44,211 bases of DNA from Octopus sinensis (lineage: Eukaryota), in NCBI RefSeq assembly GCF_006345805.1, contig NW_021835081.1, positions 1-44,211 of the forward strand, in the 5' to 3' direction. The position numbers and the translations under genes were made by a program. The notes under the pieces were generated by a model. The model saw only the letters and a list, made by a program, of their open reading frames with translations, had not been told where the DNA came from and made no database searches. Below are positions 10,181 through 22,329 of this stretch, piece after piece (within the stretch, counting starts at the first letter, position 1; each line of letters opens with the position of its first letter).

Positions 10181-10443
10181 ATTGGGTTGGTGCATAATTA
10201 TTGCGGGTTTTTCTTTTTTTTTTTCAACAAATTTTATTCAACAAAAATAATAACAATATTTAACAAAAACATCTTTAAATGACGGTCTGACCGTATGCCA
10301 AGAAAATTGGAAGCACTAATTGAAGTAAATGGTGAATATACTCCGGAATAATCATTTAAGGATGTTTTTGTTACATGTTGTTCTTGTTTTTGTTGAATAA
10401 AAATTGTTGGAAAAAGCCGCAATAATTATGCACCAACCCAATA
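10181..10443 (+). mobile_element. Mariner-derived MITE (~100-bp TIRs)
   Basis: attgggttggtgcataattattgcgg ... ccgcaataattatgcaccaacccaata; the interior encodes MPRKLEALIEVNGEYTPE*, resembling a mariner transposase C-terminus; right TA present, left reads CA. Confidence 0.75.
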
Positions 10444-10744
10444 CCTTGTTATTTTGTAATATACTTATAAAATTAAGGCGTTTATTAAAATATAACTGGA
10501 AATTTGGAAATATCATTATGTAAGAAGACGAAAGGTCTGGCAACTTTGAAAAATCGAGATATTTCTAAATTGTTATGCTCAGCCCTTATAACCACAATAA
10601 CAGCATGACTCTTCATTTCTTGAGTAAGCTGATGGTCTGCCATTATTGTTTTCTGAAACAAAGATTATACAGAGTTAGCAAAAATAAAAAGGCAGCAGTG
10701 ACCCCAAAAAAGGTATGTCCTCAAATAACCTTACGCAACTCTGG

Positions 10745-10745
10745 G

Positions 10746-10783
<38 letters not shown>

Positions 10784-10888
10784 ATATAATATATTATATA
10801 TATTATATATACATATATATATATATACACACATATATATATATGTATATATATACACACACACATATGTATATATATATATATATAT

Positions 10889-10930
<42 letters not shown>

Positions 10931-11100
10931 CATACACACGTAAACCTATTCACTCATTTACCTCATCTGTATATCCATTTTGCACCATGTATGTATATAT
11001 TTTGCAAATGTGTGTATATATACATATATATATATATATTATATATGTGTGTATGTGGTGTGTGTGTGTTGTGTGTGTGTGTGTGTTGTGTATGTGTAAT

Positions 11101-11144
<44 letters not shown>

Positions 11145-11265
11145 TATTTTACATATATATATTATGTACTATATATGTATGTGTGAATATGTGTGTGTGT
11201 GTGTGTAGGTTTTTGTGTCTGTATGGATGCAAGTACATGTAAACGTACTCATACACACACACATA
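10745..11265. repeat. (TA)n/(CA)n/(TG)n compound microsatellite
   Basis: Directly visible. Confidence 0.9.
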
Positions 11266-12002
11266 AATCGTGTTGGTGTATGTTAGGGTTTGTGTTAAGC
11301 AGGAGTGTGTTGGCTCTTACATTTGTAAAGAAACCGCCTCAAGCCGCCGCATGCCCACAATACATAAATAAATAAGTGCGACTTCCGTGTCACTCGCTTC
11401 AGCTGGGATCACGGACACTTGTTCAGTATTAGCCAGAACACTTTTGATAGACCCTCGCTCCACCTCTCCACTCCTGTCAGGTCCCTTTTTCTTAGTCCTT
11501 TACTTCAGCCCCATTCCAGCTGCAACGTATAAAATCTTATCCACCACGTTGATTTACACACCAAGACAAATAAACATACGCACACACATGCACACATATA
11601 CACATGAACACACACACACATACACATGGGGACACTCAAGTATGTATATTTAAATAGACACACACACGCCTACAACCACACACTCATGCTCACACAAATG
11701 CTGACACATATACATACACACAAAATGACAGACACACGCACAGACATACATACACACAGACATACCTACACTTATAGAAACAGACTGATTTGTTCCCATT
11801 GTAAAACAAAATACACACCTTCACACAAGCTCGCATACGCGCGCAAACACACAGACACAGAGACACACACACACACAGGCACACAAACATACACATTCAC
11901 ACACACGCACGCACGCACTGATTTATTCCGACTGTGCAACGCAAATCACACGTATAAAACAGACAGACAGACAGGCGGACACACACACACACACACAAAC
12001 AT

Positions 12003-12072
12003 ATATTTCTTTATTACCCACAAGGGGCTAAACACAGAGGGGACAAACAAGGACAGACATAGGTATTAAGTC
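12003..12072 (-). mobile_element. SINE family A 3' tail fragment
   Basis: tatttctttattacccacaaggggctaaacacagaggggacaaacaaggacagac is the reverse complement of the family A tail. Confidence 0.7.
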
Positions 12073-12224
12073 ACATTCATGCACATGCACACATACACAC
12101 ACCTACACATAAATACAAACGCATACCTATTTAGGTATACATGCATACATACGCAAGCATGTTTCTGAAAATCCTTTAAAAAGCGAAAGCTGTTCAACCC
12201 ATTTACTATAAGTCTGCAAAAAAG

Positions 12225-12410
12225 CGGTGAGCTAGCAGAATCGTTAGAGTGTCGGTGCAAATGACTGTCCTGCAGTATTGTCTCCAGTTATTTATTTTCT
12301 CAATTCATTTCCCGCTGAGATCACTTTTGTCTTTGATCTCTCCTGATTCAATACGATAAAATTATCAGCTAAGCCCCTTCCCTCAAAACTGCTCGCCTTT
12401 GTACTTAAAT
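12225..12410 (+). mobile_element. Old, diverged SINE family A copy
   Basis: gcggtgagctagcagaatcgttag head; decayed core. Confidence 0.5.
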
Positions 12411-12828
12411 AAAAAAAAAAAACAATTATTATATTCGCTTTGGCTGTACAAATACTATTGTTTTTAACGTACAAAATGCGTTACGATATTTTGTCAGGGG
12501 TCTAATCGAATATAAAGAGTTGAAAAAATAAGACTTAAAACATAAAATTGTGTGTAAAATGTGAAGGAGAAAAATCCCTTTAGAAATGTGCATTCATTAT
12601 ATGAAAAAGAAAAAAACTGTCGAAATGTAACCACTCGATTTCAGGGATCGAGTGGGCATTGCGCCTCATTTATACTCTTTTCATATTACCATTCGTTACT
12701 TTTAATTTTTCTATTCTTATTTCATCTTCTTTTGTATTTTAGGTTCCCCGAGTTTGTCTTTGTATATATTTGTCTTGTAATTGGATTATTCTGTATTTAG
12801 CCCCTTGTGGGTAATACATACATATATA

Positions 12829-12864
<36 letters not shown>

Positions 12865-12871
12865 TATATAC

Positions 12872-12956
<85 letters not shown>

Positions 12957-12959
12957 CAC

Positions 12960-13160
12960 GTGTGTGTCTTTGTGGCTATTAGCACCGCTTGAGAATCGGT
13001 GTTGGTGTGTTTACGTATCCATAACTTAGCGGTTTGGAAAAAGAGACATAGAATAAAAAAAAAGGAAGTGCTGTAGTTGATTCAGTCGACTAAAGATTCT
13101 TCAAGGCGTGCACCAGCATGGCCGCAGTCTAATGCCTGAAACAATTAAAAGATAAAAGAT
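12960..13160 (+). mobile_element. SINE family B 3' body
   Basis: tcggtgttggtgtgtttacg..cagcatggccgcagtc..gaaacaattaaaagataaaaga following a (TA)n tract. Confidence 0.7.
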
Positions 13161-13384
13161 ACAGTAGAAAGAATCATAGTGTACAAAACCCATTGTGTAC
13201 TGGTTTCAAAAGGACCGAGCTCATTTTTTGTCTTTCTTCCTTCTGGGGTTCAGTAAACTCGAGTATAAACTGTTACAAAACCTTCTCCATTTTACAGATT
13301 GACAAATATTTCTGTAGCAAATACACAGCCTGCACCGGCCCAAATCATAATGGTAACTTTGAAAAAGAAAACGCTTAAGCAGTG

Positions 13385-13525
13385 ATTTCAATTTTTGGTT
13401 CAAGGTCAGCAATTGTTAAGGCCAAGTCGATCCTGGCGGCATTTGAGCTCAGAGCGTAAAGACGAACGAAATACACGAAATACATTTTGTCCAGTGCGGT
13501 AACGATTCTGCCAGCGCGCCGTCTT
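13385..13525 (-). mobile_element. SINE family A, internally deleted
   Basis: aacgattctgccagcgcgccgtc head and tttgagctcagagcgtaaagacg B-box region. Confidence 0.65.
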
Positions 13526-13535
13526 AATAATAATA

Positions 13536-13868
13536 ACTAGCACTATGACCCAGCAACACCGAGTCATAGTGCTAGTGCATGTATATACAGCTGCGTGCGT
13601 GCGCATATACACGCGAGTACTGTCCAAATCTCCGACCAATCACATACAGCTAGCTGGCATTCAATTGGCGTATCAAGTTTCGAGCATTTTGATTGGGTTT
13701 TGGATAGAAAATTCACAAAAAAGTCACTTCTATTGATTTTTTAATGGCTTCGCGGGGTGACTGGGGAAATGTAAAGATGTGCACGACCACCCTTGGACGG
13801 TTTTGAATGACCATAGAAAGTGCGAGCCCTCTAACTGAAAAATTGTGGATTTGTATAAAGGACACACA
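13536..13868. mobile_element. Non-autonomous Helitron-like element with terminal CTAG hairpin
   Basis: Perfect 14-bp stem actagcactatgac/gtcatagtgctagt (13536-13576); a related start at ~40620; the other end is cut by SINEs. Family assignment is from memory. Confidence 0.45.
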
Positions 13869-14395
13869 TCGACTTACTGGTACTTAATTTATCCACCCCG
13901 AGAGGATGAAAGGCAAAGTTGACCTCGGTAGAATTAGAACTCAGAATGTAAATACGGACGAAACGCTGCTAAGTATTTAGTCCGGTGTGCTAACGATTCT
14001 CCCAACTTGCTGCCTTAATCCCCTCTACTATAAACATAAAGGCTGAAATATGTGGAAAGGGGAATTGTCGATTACATTGACCTCAAAACTCTACAGGTAG
14101 AATTTGAACTCAGAACGTAAAGCCTGAAAAAATGCTGCCGAGCGCTTTGTGCGACGTATTAACGATTCTGCCAGCTCGCCGCCTTACATAATAATTATCG
14201 TGGTTTCAAATTTTGGTACAAGGCCAGCAATTTCGGGGAAAGTGATAAGTCGATTGCATCAATTTCAGTGTTCAACTGGTACTTATTTTTTCGACCCTCA
14301 ATCGATGAAAGGTAAAGTCTACCTCGGTGGTATTTGAACTTAAAACTAAAGACGGACGAAATGTCGCTAAGCAGTTTTTGTAGTCCGCGCTGTTT
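13869..14395 (-). mobile_element. Three head-to-tail diverged family A SINEs
   Basis: Repeated gaactcagaa/gaacttaaaa B-box regions (~13937, ~14106, ~14337) and heads aacgattctcccaacttgctgcc and aacgattctgccagctcgccgcc. Confidence 0.7.
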
Positions 14396-14949
14396 TACCA
14401 GCAATCCGGTTTCATACGAAACAGACTACAAGCATTTAAAAGGATTCCTGATATGACAGTTTTATAGTGTCACTGAAGATTAATGGCTTTGATTCACTAA
14501 TAAACATGCGATTTAATTTGATTTTAAACCTTTCTAATGATGTTTATAGCTTCCATTATATTGCAAATATTTAGCAAGAAATATGTAACGCATTCCGTGT
14601 AAATTATCGTAGCTTTTAATTACATTCCAAACTATTAAATCAAATTGCAGTACAATTAACATCTTAGCGTCTCTGGTGAGATGTCACTTCCGGTTTCGAG
14701 AATAAATCTGCTACACAAATGCGCAGAGAGATTGTATATATCAAATGTGTATAGGAACATGTGTAACACGAACGTTCACGAGATAAAGGGGGCTAGAGAA
14801 TGGGAGTGAGAGAAGTAGAGAAAGAGGGAGAGAGGAAATAGGAAAATGTGAGAGAAATGATATACCACACCACATAGCTTTGACTTAACTATCGCGATAA
14901 AAGCGCATGCATGTGCACATATATGAATATGCGTATGCAAGAGTGTGTT

Positions 14950-15031
14950 AATGGTATGTATATAGATACATATACATACCATTAACACACATACATATAA
15001 TATATATATATATATACTGTGTTGTGTGTAA

Positions 15032-15069
<38 letters not shown>

Positions 15070-15170
15070 TATATATATACATATATATACATATATATAT
15101 ATATATGTATATGTATATATACACACACACTTTGTTGTGTGTACATTCACATATATGTAAACATGCATGC
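14950..15170. repeat. (TA)n microsatellite field
   Basis: Directly visible. Confidence 0.9.
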
Positions 15171-15796
15171 ATATACGAGCTTGAGACACAAAGATAGCTT
15201 ATTCAGTCCATAGAGTCTGTATATTTCTTCAGAGTTTCCTCTTACTCGTTATCCAGACGCTTGAACAGAAGTAGTGGAGATATAAAAAAAAATAAAAAAT
15301 TCGCAAGTACATCAAAATATGGTTGGGCCATAGAGTATTAACTGGTTACTCAAAACGAAAATGGATCACACGTTCAATAGCCAATCGCAGAATTCATGAT
15401 ATGCTTAGCAATTTACATGTAAAACCACGTGATATTCTTATGTCTTTTGTATCATATGTGTAAAACACAAAAATGAGAAAGGTGGCTTTTGAAAATGTAA
15501 TTTTAATATTGATGAACAGCATTTTTTTTCAGTACGTGACCAGTTTTCTGATTATGATAAACCGATTGTGTAGGGAACAGACCATTTCAGAACTAATTGG
15601 TATTTTGAAATTCCTCAATAAGTATCTATGGTTGCGTCTACAAAACTTTACCAATTCTGATCTTTTGTTCAAAATGATAAAATTTTGTGAAAGAATGAAA
15701 TATTCTTCCGACAAAACAAAATACTCGATCTAATAATTGCTTTTATCATTCGTTAAATCACAGATATATTTAGATTAATGGGTGGTGAGGTGTTCT

Positions 15797-16003
15797 TCTT
15801 ATTTCTTTATTGCCCACAAGGGGCTAAACATAGAGGGGACAAACACGGACAGACTAAGCGTAACTGGTACTTAATTTATCGACCTCGAAAGGATGAAAGG
15901 CAAAGTCGACCTCGGCGGAATTTGAACTCAGAACGTAACGGCAGACGAAATACCGCTGAGCACTTCGCCCGGCGTGCTAACGTTTCTGTCAGCTCGCCGC
16001 CTT
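15797..16003 (-). mobile_element. SINE family A monomer (small internal deletion)
   Basis: High similarity to the reverse complement of 1337-1570. Confidence 0.9.
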
Positions 16004-16029
16004 CAGTGAGGTGAGGTGCCCTTCTGTGT

Positions 16030-16800
16030 ATCTAAATTTATACATATGTTGTACGAATCTTTTAAAGGGATTTATATAACTTTTTGGTCTGCTATTTTTT
16101 CCAAGAGAGACATTAGCTTCATGAAGAAAAGTTTTAATAGGACAGACACCACCCAGTGGGTAAGTATTAAGGTTATAGATTTTACATAAAAGAAGAGCGT
16201 TTTTGTGTTCACATTGGAAAGGTTTTCTGTTTAAGCTAGCTATGGAAGCAGTGAAGACTTTAGAACAAGTGTGAATCACCACAGCAATATTTCATTAGCT
16301 TGCGCGAAAATTCTTGTTCATAAGTTTTCTGCAAATCCATTTAAACTATATGAAGGATTACATTATATAGTCTTTCGTTTCCTATGCTTGCATTCTTGAT
16401 ATAAGTGCTGTTATATATTCTGTCTTTGATGACATTGTCTTTTATTGTGTTTTGGGGATAATAAGCATTACCATTAAAGAATTTTTCGTCTAAGTATAAT
16501 TTAGATATGCACTCACTATTGACTAAGCTTCTAAGGATTATCGGAGGTTGATTTGAATTTATATTAATCTATTAACTTACTGCAATAAGGTTACTATCTA
16601 CTTTACGTAAATATAGAGTTAAATCTATTCCTTTTGCGAGATGACTATAAAATATATAATGTTCTGAAGATGTCTATCAACGTAAACAAAGGTTAGATTA
16701 AAAGTCATGGTAGATATAAATATAAGCATAGCTAACTTCTTAAGTATATCTTGATATTTAGATAATTGTTAATATCACTTCCATACTAAATCGAACAAGA
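16030..16800 (-). pseudogene. Degenerate Penelope-like element ORF (RT thumb, linker, GIY-YIG endonuclease)
   Basis: Minus translations IDLTLYL, INSNQPPIILRSL..CISKL..FFN, I*CNPSYSLN and C..NTYPLGGVCPIKTFLHEANV..KSYI..FKRFVQHMYKFR follow, in order, remembered PLE motifs LDVTFDL, SNHPP..RISxLS, WFNPPYS and CPLxGxCL..YIG..FKxR..H. Many stops and frameshifts. Confidence 0.6.
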
Positions 16801-17300
16801 GATTGCAATACGAACCAACCCCCAATACTCCTTTTAAAATATTAAACAATAGTAGTTAGAGAATGATTAGCTCATCCTTTGATGAGTATTGACCTTCCTG
16901 CAATACCTGCCTTGCTTTAGGTGATGGTGCCGGCAACCCACATTATGCTACTGAATGCCTGACGAATGCCTGGCGACAGCGCAAATTCTAAACACTAATC
17001 TGGCTTTGTGCTTGACCAAGGCCGGTAACTCTGTTAAAGCGACGACTTAGTGAAAGAGATATTATAGGAGCAGCAATTAAAGTGGTTCTTCGTCGTCACT
17101 GACCAGGGTTTTCTACAAATATAGAAGCCTCAGTGTACGTCCTTAGCCATGACATACGAGATCTCCTTCGGGATATTTATTGGCAGTAATTGGACCTTCT
17201 GACTAAGTAGAACCTCTTCCGTCAGCACAAAAAAAGCTTACATTCCAATCAGATTAAATATTTCCTTGGTCAACGTACAGCGGTCAGGTGGTTGTAAATT

Positions 17301-17698
17301 CTTTTCTGCTCTAAACACAAGGCCCGAAATTTTGGGGGAGGGGGCCAGTCGATTAGATCGACCCCAGTACACAACTGGTACTTAATTTAGCGATCCCGAA
17401 AGGATGACAGGCAAAGTCGACCTCGACGGAATTTGAACTCAGAACGTAACGGCAGACGAAATCCCTATTTCTTTACTACTCACAAGGGGCTAAATACAGA
17501 GAGGACAAACAAGGACAGGCAAACGGATTAAGTCGATTACATCGGCTCCAGTGCGTAACTGGCACTTAATTTATCGACCCCGAAAGGATGAAAGGCAAAG
17601 TCGACCTCGGCGGAATTCGAACTTGGAATGTAACGGTAGACGAAATACCACTAAGCATTTCGCTCGGCGTGCTAACTTTTCTGCCAGATCGCCGCCTT
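17301..17698 (-). mobile_element. SINE family A dimer with 16-bp TSD
   Basis: Full unit joined at aaagaaatag/ggatttcgtctgcc (minus) to a 5'-truncated unit with a different tail; TSD caggtggttgtaaatt 17285-17300 / caggttgttgtacatt 17699-17714. Confidence 0.85.
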
Positions 17699-17814
17699 CA
17701 GGTTGTTGTACATTGCCGAAGCCATGTAAAATCTGCCATTTGACCTTTCGGATGCAACTCCTTTCTTTGGGGCCAATTTCGGGTGCATCTGGCCAATTTG
17801 ATAAGCACCTACGA

Positions 17815-18335
17815 CTACCTACATTATCATTATTATTATCAATATTATTATTTCTATCACTACGACAACTACGATGACGACGACGACCGCCATAACCTCC
17901 ACCACCAACATCGCCTCTGCTACAATAATAACAGCTACTTCTACTGCTGCTGCTGCTGCTGCTACTACTTTTTCTATTTCTTCTTTCCTACCTACTTTTT
18001 ACTTGACATCACCATCACTGTCTTCATCATCATCATCATCATCATCATCGTCGTCGTCGTCGTCGTCATCATCATCATCATCACAATCGCAATCGTCATC
18101 GTCGCCCTCCTCCGCTTCCTCTTCCTCCTCCTCCTCCTCATCGTCCCCTTCTTCATCCTCATACTCATCATTATCATAACATCATTCTCATGATCATCGT
18201 GGTCATCCTTCTCCTCCTCCTTCTCCTCCTCCCCCTAGTCCTCATTCCCATCATCATCATCATCATCCCCATCATCATTATCATCATCATCACGACCATC
18301 ATCATCATCATCATCACCATCATCATCATCGTCGT
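17815..18335. repeat. Compound trinucleotide tract (ATT, GAC, CTG, CAT, CGT, CCT)
   Basis: Directly visible; source of the poly-I/poly-S ORFs. Confidence 0.9.
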
Positions 18336-18419
18336 ATTGTTCTCTTCTGAGTGTTCAATTATGACTCTCCAGTGTCATATCTCACTCACTCACTTCAGGT
18401 GGTGTAATAAAAAAGAATC

Positions 18420-19023
18420 ATGTGTGTGTGTGTGTTTGAGGGTGTGTGTGTGTGTGTTTGAGGGTGTGTGTGTGTTTGAGGGTTTGTGTGTGTTTGAGGG
18501 TGTGTGTGTGTGTGTTTGAGGGTGTGTGTGTGTGTGTTTGAGTGTGTGTGTGTGCTTGAGAGTGTGTGTGTGCTTGAGGGTGTGTGTGTGTTTGAGGAAG
18601 TGTGTGTGTTTGAGGGTGTGTGTATGTGAGATTGTACGTGTTTTTGAATGAGTGCGTATGTGTGTGTATGTAAGAGAGAGAGAGAGAGAGAGACGAGGTG
18701 GGAGAAGGAGAATGTATTTGAATGAGTTGTTCTGTGTTTGAGTGTTTGAGAGAGAGAGAGAGATGGAGAGAAAGAGAGAGAGGAGTTAGTGTGAGTGTGA
18801 GTGTGTGTATGTGTGGGGAGGTATGTGTATACGTGTGTTCGAGTGTGTGAAACAGTGTGTGTACGTGTGTGCGCCCGAGAAAGAGAGAGAGTATGTGTAT
18901 GCGTATTTATATACGCATGTGTGTGTGTGCGTGCGTGTTTGCGTGCATATGTAAGTGTGAAGAGAGAATAAAAGACACACAGGGTAGAGAGAGGGAGGGG
19001 TAAAACGAAGAAAAAAGACAGAC

Positions 19024-19074
<51 letters not shown>

Positions 19075-19075
19075 G
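18420..19075. repeat. (TG)n with a gtgtgtttgagg minisatellite, then (GA)n
   Basis: Recurrent gtttgaggg unit at 18430-18620. Confidence 0.85.
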
Positions 19076-19517
19076 TAGGAGGTAAGGGTGTAAAAGTGCT
19101 AGGAAGTGTGTCAAACGTAACAGAGGTGGAGGGAGGCAGAAAGGGTGACGGAGAGAGAGAAAGAGGTACAGAGAGAGGGAGAGGGGGAAGTTAGAGAGGG
19201 GGAGGGGGAAGTTAGAGAGGTGAAGGGGGTATGTGAGTGCTGGAAGGAAGGATGTAATGAAAGAGAGACATTGTTTCTAGAATGAAGCGTGGGAACTGTC
19301 AGACGACCACCACCCCTACCTGGTCCCACCCCCCTCTTCTTACAACATACCCACCGAACTCCGCTCTCAGCAAATTATTATAATTTTATTTATTTTATTT
19401 TATTTCATTTTATTTGGTCCTTTCATGTCAGACGAAGCTAAGCGCTCACATACAGTCCTAATACGCGCGCGCACACAGATGCATGCATACATTTCCATGT
19501 GTCAAGCTTATGCCTAT

Positions 19518-19551
<34 letters not shown>

Positions 19552-19714
19552 TGAAACTAATAGCCAACTGTAGAACTCAATATACATATGTTCCTCAATG
19601 AAGCGTTAGTCGAGTACAGAGCGCTAATAAGAGAAAAGATGTCAAAGGAATAAGCGATTACCTTATGAACGTCATTGTAAAAACAGCTTACAGCTGTTTT
19701 TACAATAAGATGCA

Positions 19715-19757
<43 letters not shown>

Positions 19758-19811
19758 ATATATATAATATATATATATATATAATATATATATATATATA
19801 ATTATAATACC

Positions 19812-20395
19812 AAAGGGTAATCTGAAATATTAGAAATTTCCATTGCCAGTGGCTAGCGTGTAAAAATTTAGTCAATAGGCTATATAATATTCATATAAAT
19901 ACAGTGTACATTTAAACTTATAAGAAGTATCCATCATAGGACTACCCACACGCTAGAGAGGACAGTTAAATTCCAAACGACTATTAGGGATAAAGTTTTG
20001 AAGGGAATGAAAAATAAAAACATTTACGACCTAACTCCCGGACCAATGGTTTCAGACTTTTTTTAGAAAATAAAGTAATTTGCTAGGCGAAGCCTTCTTC
20101 AGCAGGTACACCTTAGATTAAATATATATACACGAGGCAATCCAATATATGCCCCGTGCTTATACATTCTAATTTTTCAAATCTACCGCGCAAGCGCAGC
20201 TCCTTGTCGGCAGTAAATAAATATGCCGGCTTTTTTCATTTCGAAAATTATCCAAGAAAAAATCGTCAACAATTAATATCAAAGGGTAATCTGAAATATT
20301 AGAAATTTCCATTACTAGTGGCCTAGCGTGTAAAAATGTAGTCAACAGACTATATATTATTCATATAAATACAGTCTACATTTAAACTCATAAGA
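19812..20395 (-). mobile_element. PLE pseudo-LTR-like partial tandem (469-bp period) with one HHR
   Basis: aaagggtaatctgaaatattagaaatttcc...tacatttaaact.ataaga occurs at 19812 and 20281 (~115-bp direct repeat); (TA)n on the left flank. Confidence 0.75.
20037..20106 (-). ncRNA. Type I hammerhead ribozyme, canonical core, extended stem II
   Basis: Minus strand: cctg-CTGAAGA-aggctt...aagtct-GAAAC-cattg-GTC-cggg; stem I 4 bp, stem II 6 bp, near-palindromic ACCATTGGT. Confidence 0.7.
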
Positions 20396-20714
20396 GAGGA
20401 GAAAGGCTCAAAGAAAGAAAGCAGAACATAGAAAATCGGTTAATAACGCATACAGCTGATACGACGCTTGGACAGATTACAGAGGCTACACACATAACAA
20501 TAGGCGGACCGAGCCTCAACAAAAAAACACAAATGAGACAACACCCACCACCACCACCACCACGTGACACGACGACGAAAGACAGAAGGGAGAAAAAACA
20601 GATGCAAACTGTGTAATATACACATAATATACAAATATCCACATACCTATGATAAATATAAGAAATAGAGATAGATAGGTAACAAAAAAAATTGTATAAA
20701 GGAAAGATTGATAG

Positions 20715-20764
20715 ATAGATGAATAGAGAGACTGAGAGACAGACAGACAAGCAGACAGACAGAC

Positions 20765-20852
<88 letters not shown>

Positions 20853-20865
20853 TGACAGACAGGCA
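20715..20865. repeat. (GACA)n/(GATA)n microsatellite
   Basis: Directly visible. Confidence 0.95.
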
Positions 20866-21175
20866 GACAAAAGCTCAATATACAGGTGAATTGATTTACA
20901 ACGACTTGATTTACCCAACGCAGAAATTGCAAGAAATATCTCTTGCAAGCTCTTCTGATAGTGACCAAATGCAATTTTAGAAATCCTTTAGAAACCCTTC
21001 CATATCATCAGCAGGAATGTCAGGGTCACAAGTGTTTCGCCCCTCAGCCTGTAAGCTCCACCTGTGTAGGGCAGCGAGGAGTTTAATAGCTTTCGCCTGC
21101 AGAAGAGATGCGTCCGCTGCCTCTTACCAACCACAACTACCTTGAGCCGGTTTCAGCTGCCATAGTGACTTTCTT

Positions 21176-21275
21176 GCCGAGTCGACCTCGGCGGAATTTG
21201 AAGTCAGAAGTAAAGACAAACGAAATGCCGCTAAGCGTTTTATCCGGCGCGGTAACAATTCTGCCATCCCGCTGA
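21176..21275 (-). mobile_element. SINE family A 5' fragment
   Basis: gtcgacctcggcggaatttgaagtcagaag..aacaattctgcc. Confidence 0.7.
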
Positions 21276-21279
21276 GTTA

Positions 21280-21546
21280 CTCTCTTACTCTTTTACTTGT
21301 TTCAGTCATTTGACCGTGGTCATGCTGGAGCACCGCCTTTAGTCGAGCACATCGACCCCAGGACATATTCTTTGTAAGCCTAGTACTTATTCTATCGATA
21401 TCTTTTGCCGAACCGCTAAGTTACGAGGACGTAAACACACCAGCATCGGTTGTCAAGCGATGTTGGGGGGGGGAACAACACAGACATACAAACATGCACA
21501 CACACACACACACCACACACACACACAACACACACACACACACAAC

Positions 21547-21577
<31 letters not shown>

Positions 21578-21744
21578 ATTTAACATGTATACGACGGCCT
21601 TCTTTCAGTTTCCGTCTACCAAATCCATTCACAAGGCTTTGGCCGGCCCAAAGCTAAAGTAGAAGACACTTGCCAAATGTGCCACGCAGTGGGACTGAAC
21701 CCGGAACCATGTAGTTCGTAAGCAAGCTACTTACCACACAGCCA
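21280..21744 (-). mobile_element. SINE family B, full length, internal (TA)/(TG) microsatellite
   Basis: Minus head tggctgtgtggtaagtagcttgcttacgaactacatggttccgggttcagtccc; complete 3' body. Confidence 0.9.
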
Positions 21745-21930
21745 ATGTTGGCACAAAACCGGTGATTATAGGGAAGGGTGATAATCGATTACATCGACCC
21801 CAGTGCTCCACTGGTACTTATTTTAATGATCCCAAAAGAACGAGTGGCCACGCCGACAATGGCAGTATTTGAACTCAGCTCGTAAAGTATTCCGCAAAGC
21901 ATTTTTTCCGACGCCCAAATGATTCTGTTA
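21745..21930 (-). mobile_element. Diverged SINE family A copy
   Basis: atcgattacatcgaccccagtgctccactggtactta..tttgaactcag. Confidence 0.6.
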
Positions 21931-22329
21931 ATCTGAATATAATATTAATTTCCGAAGCTCATAATTTATTTTAAGAAAACGAAGTCTCTGAATTCTTTAC
22001 TTAGAAGATAGGAAACCAGTTAAATACAGTAGCAATACAGTAGCAATATTGAAGGATTGCCATAGGAAAATAGAACTGTTCGATTCAGTATATTTATCTT
22101 TTAGTAATGAGTATAGAAAGAAGATACAGCAATTGTTTCTTTGAGGGTTTTTTTGAGATTTCTTTTTAAAAAGATTTTATCAAATTTATCTTCTCTTCTC
22201 GTGTATTATTGTTTTAACTTCTCCCAGCTTATCTTAAATTATCCAATTAGAGTATTCCTTTCCTAACTCCTCCTACTAACGACTTTACCTTGTTGTCCTT
22301 TTGTATTATACCATAACCATGTTGCCTGA

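Noticed and set aside
12595-12632. ATGAAAA..gtcGAAATGTA hammerhead-like string
   Set aside because: Positions 3 and 8 are not complementary, and stems II/III are absent.
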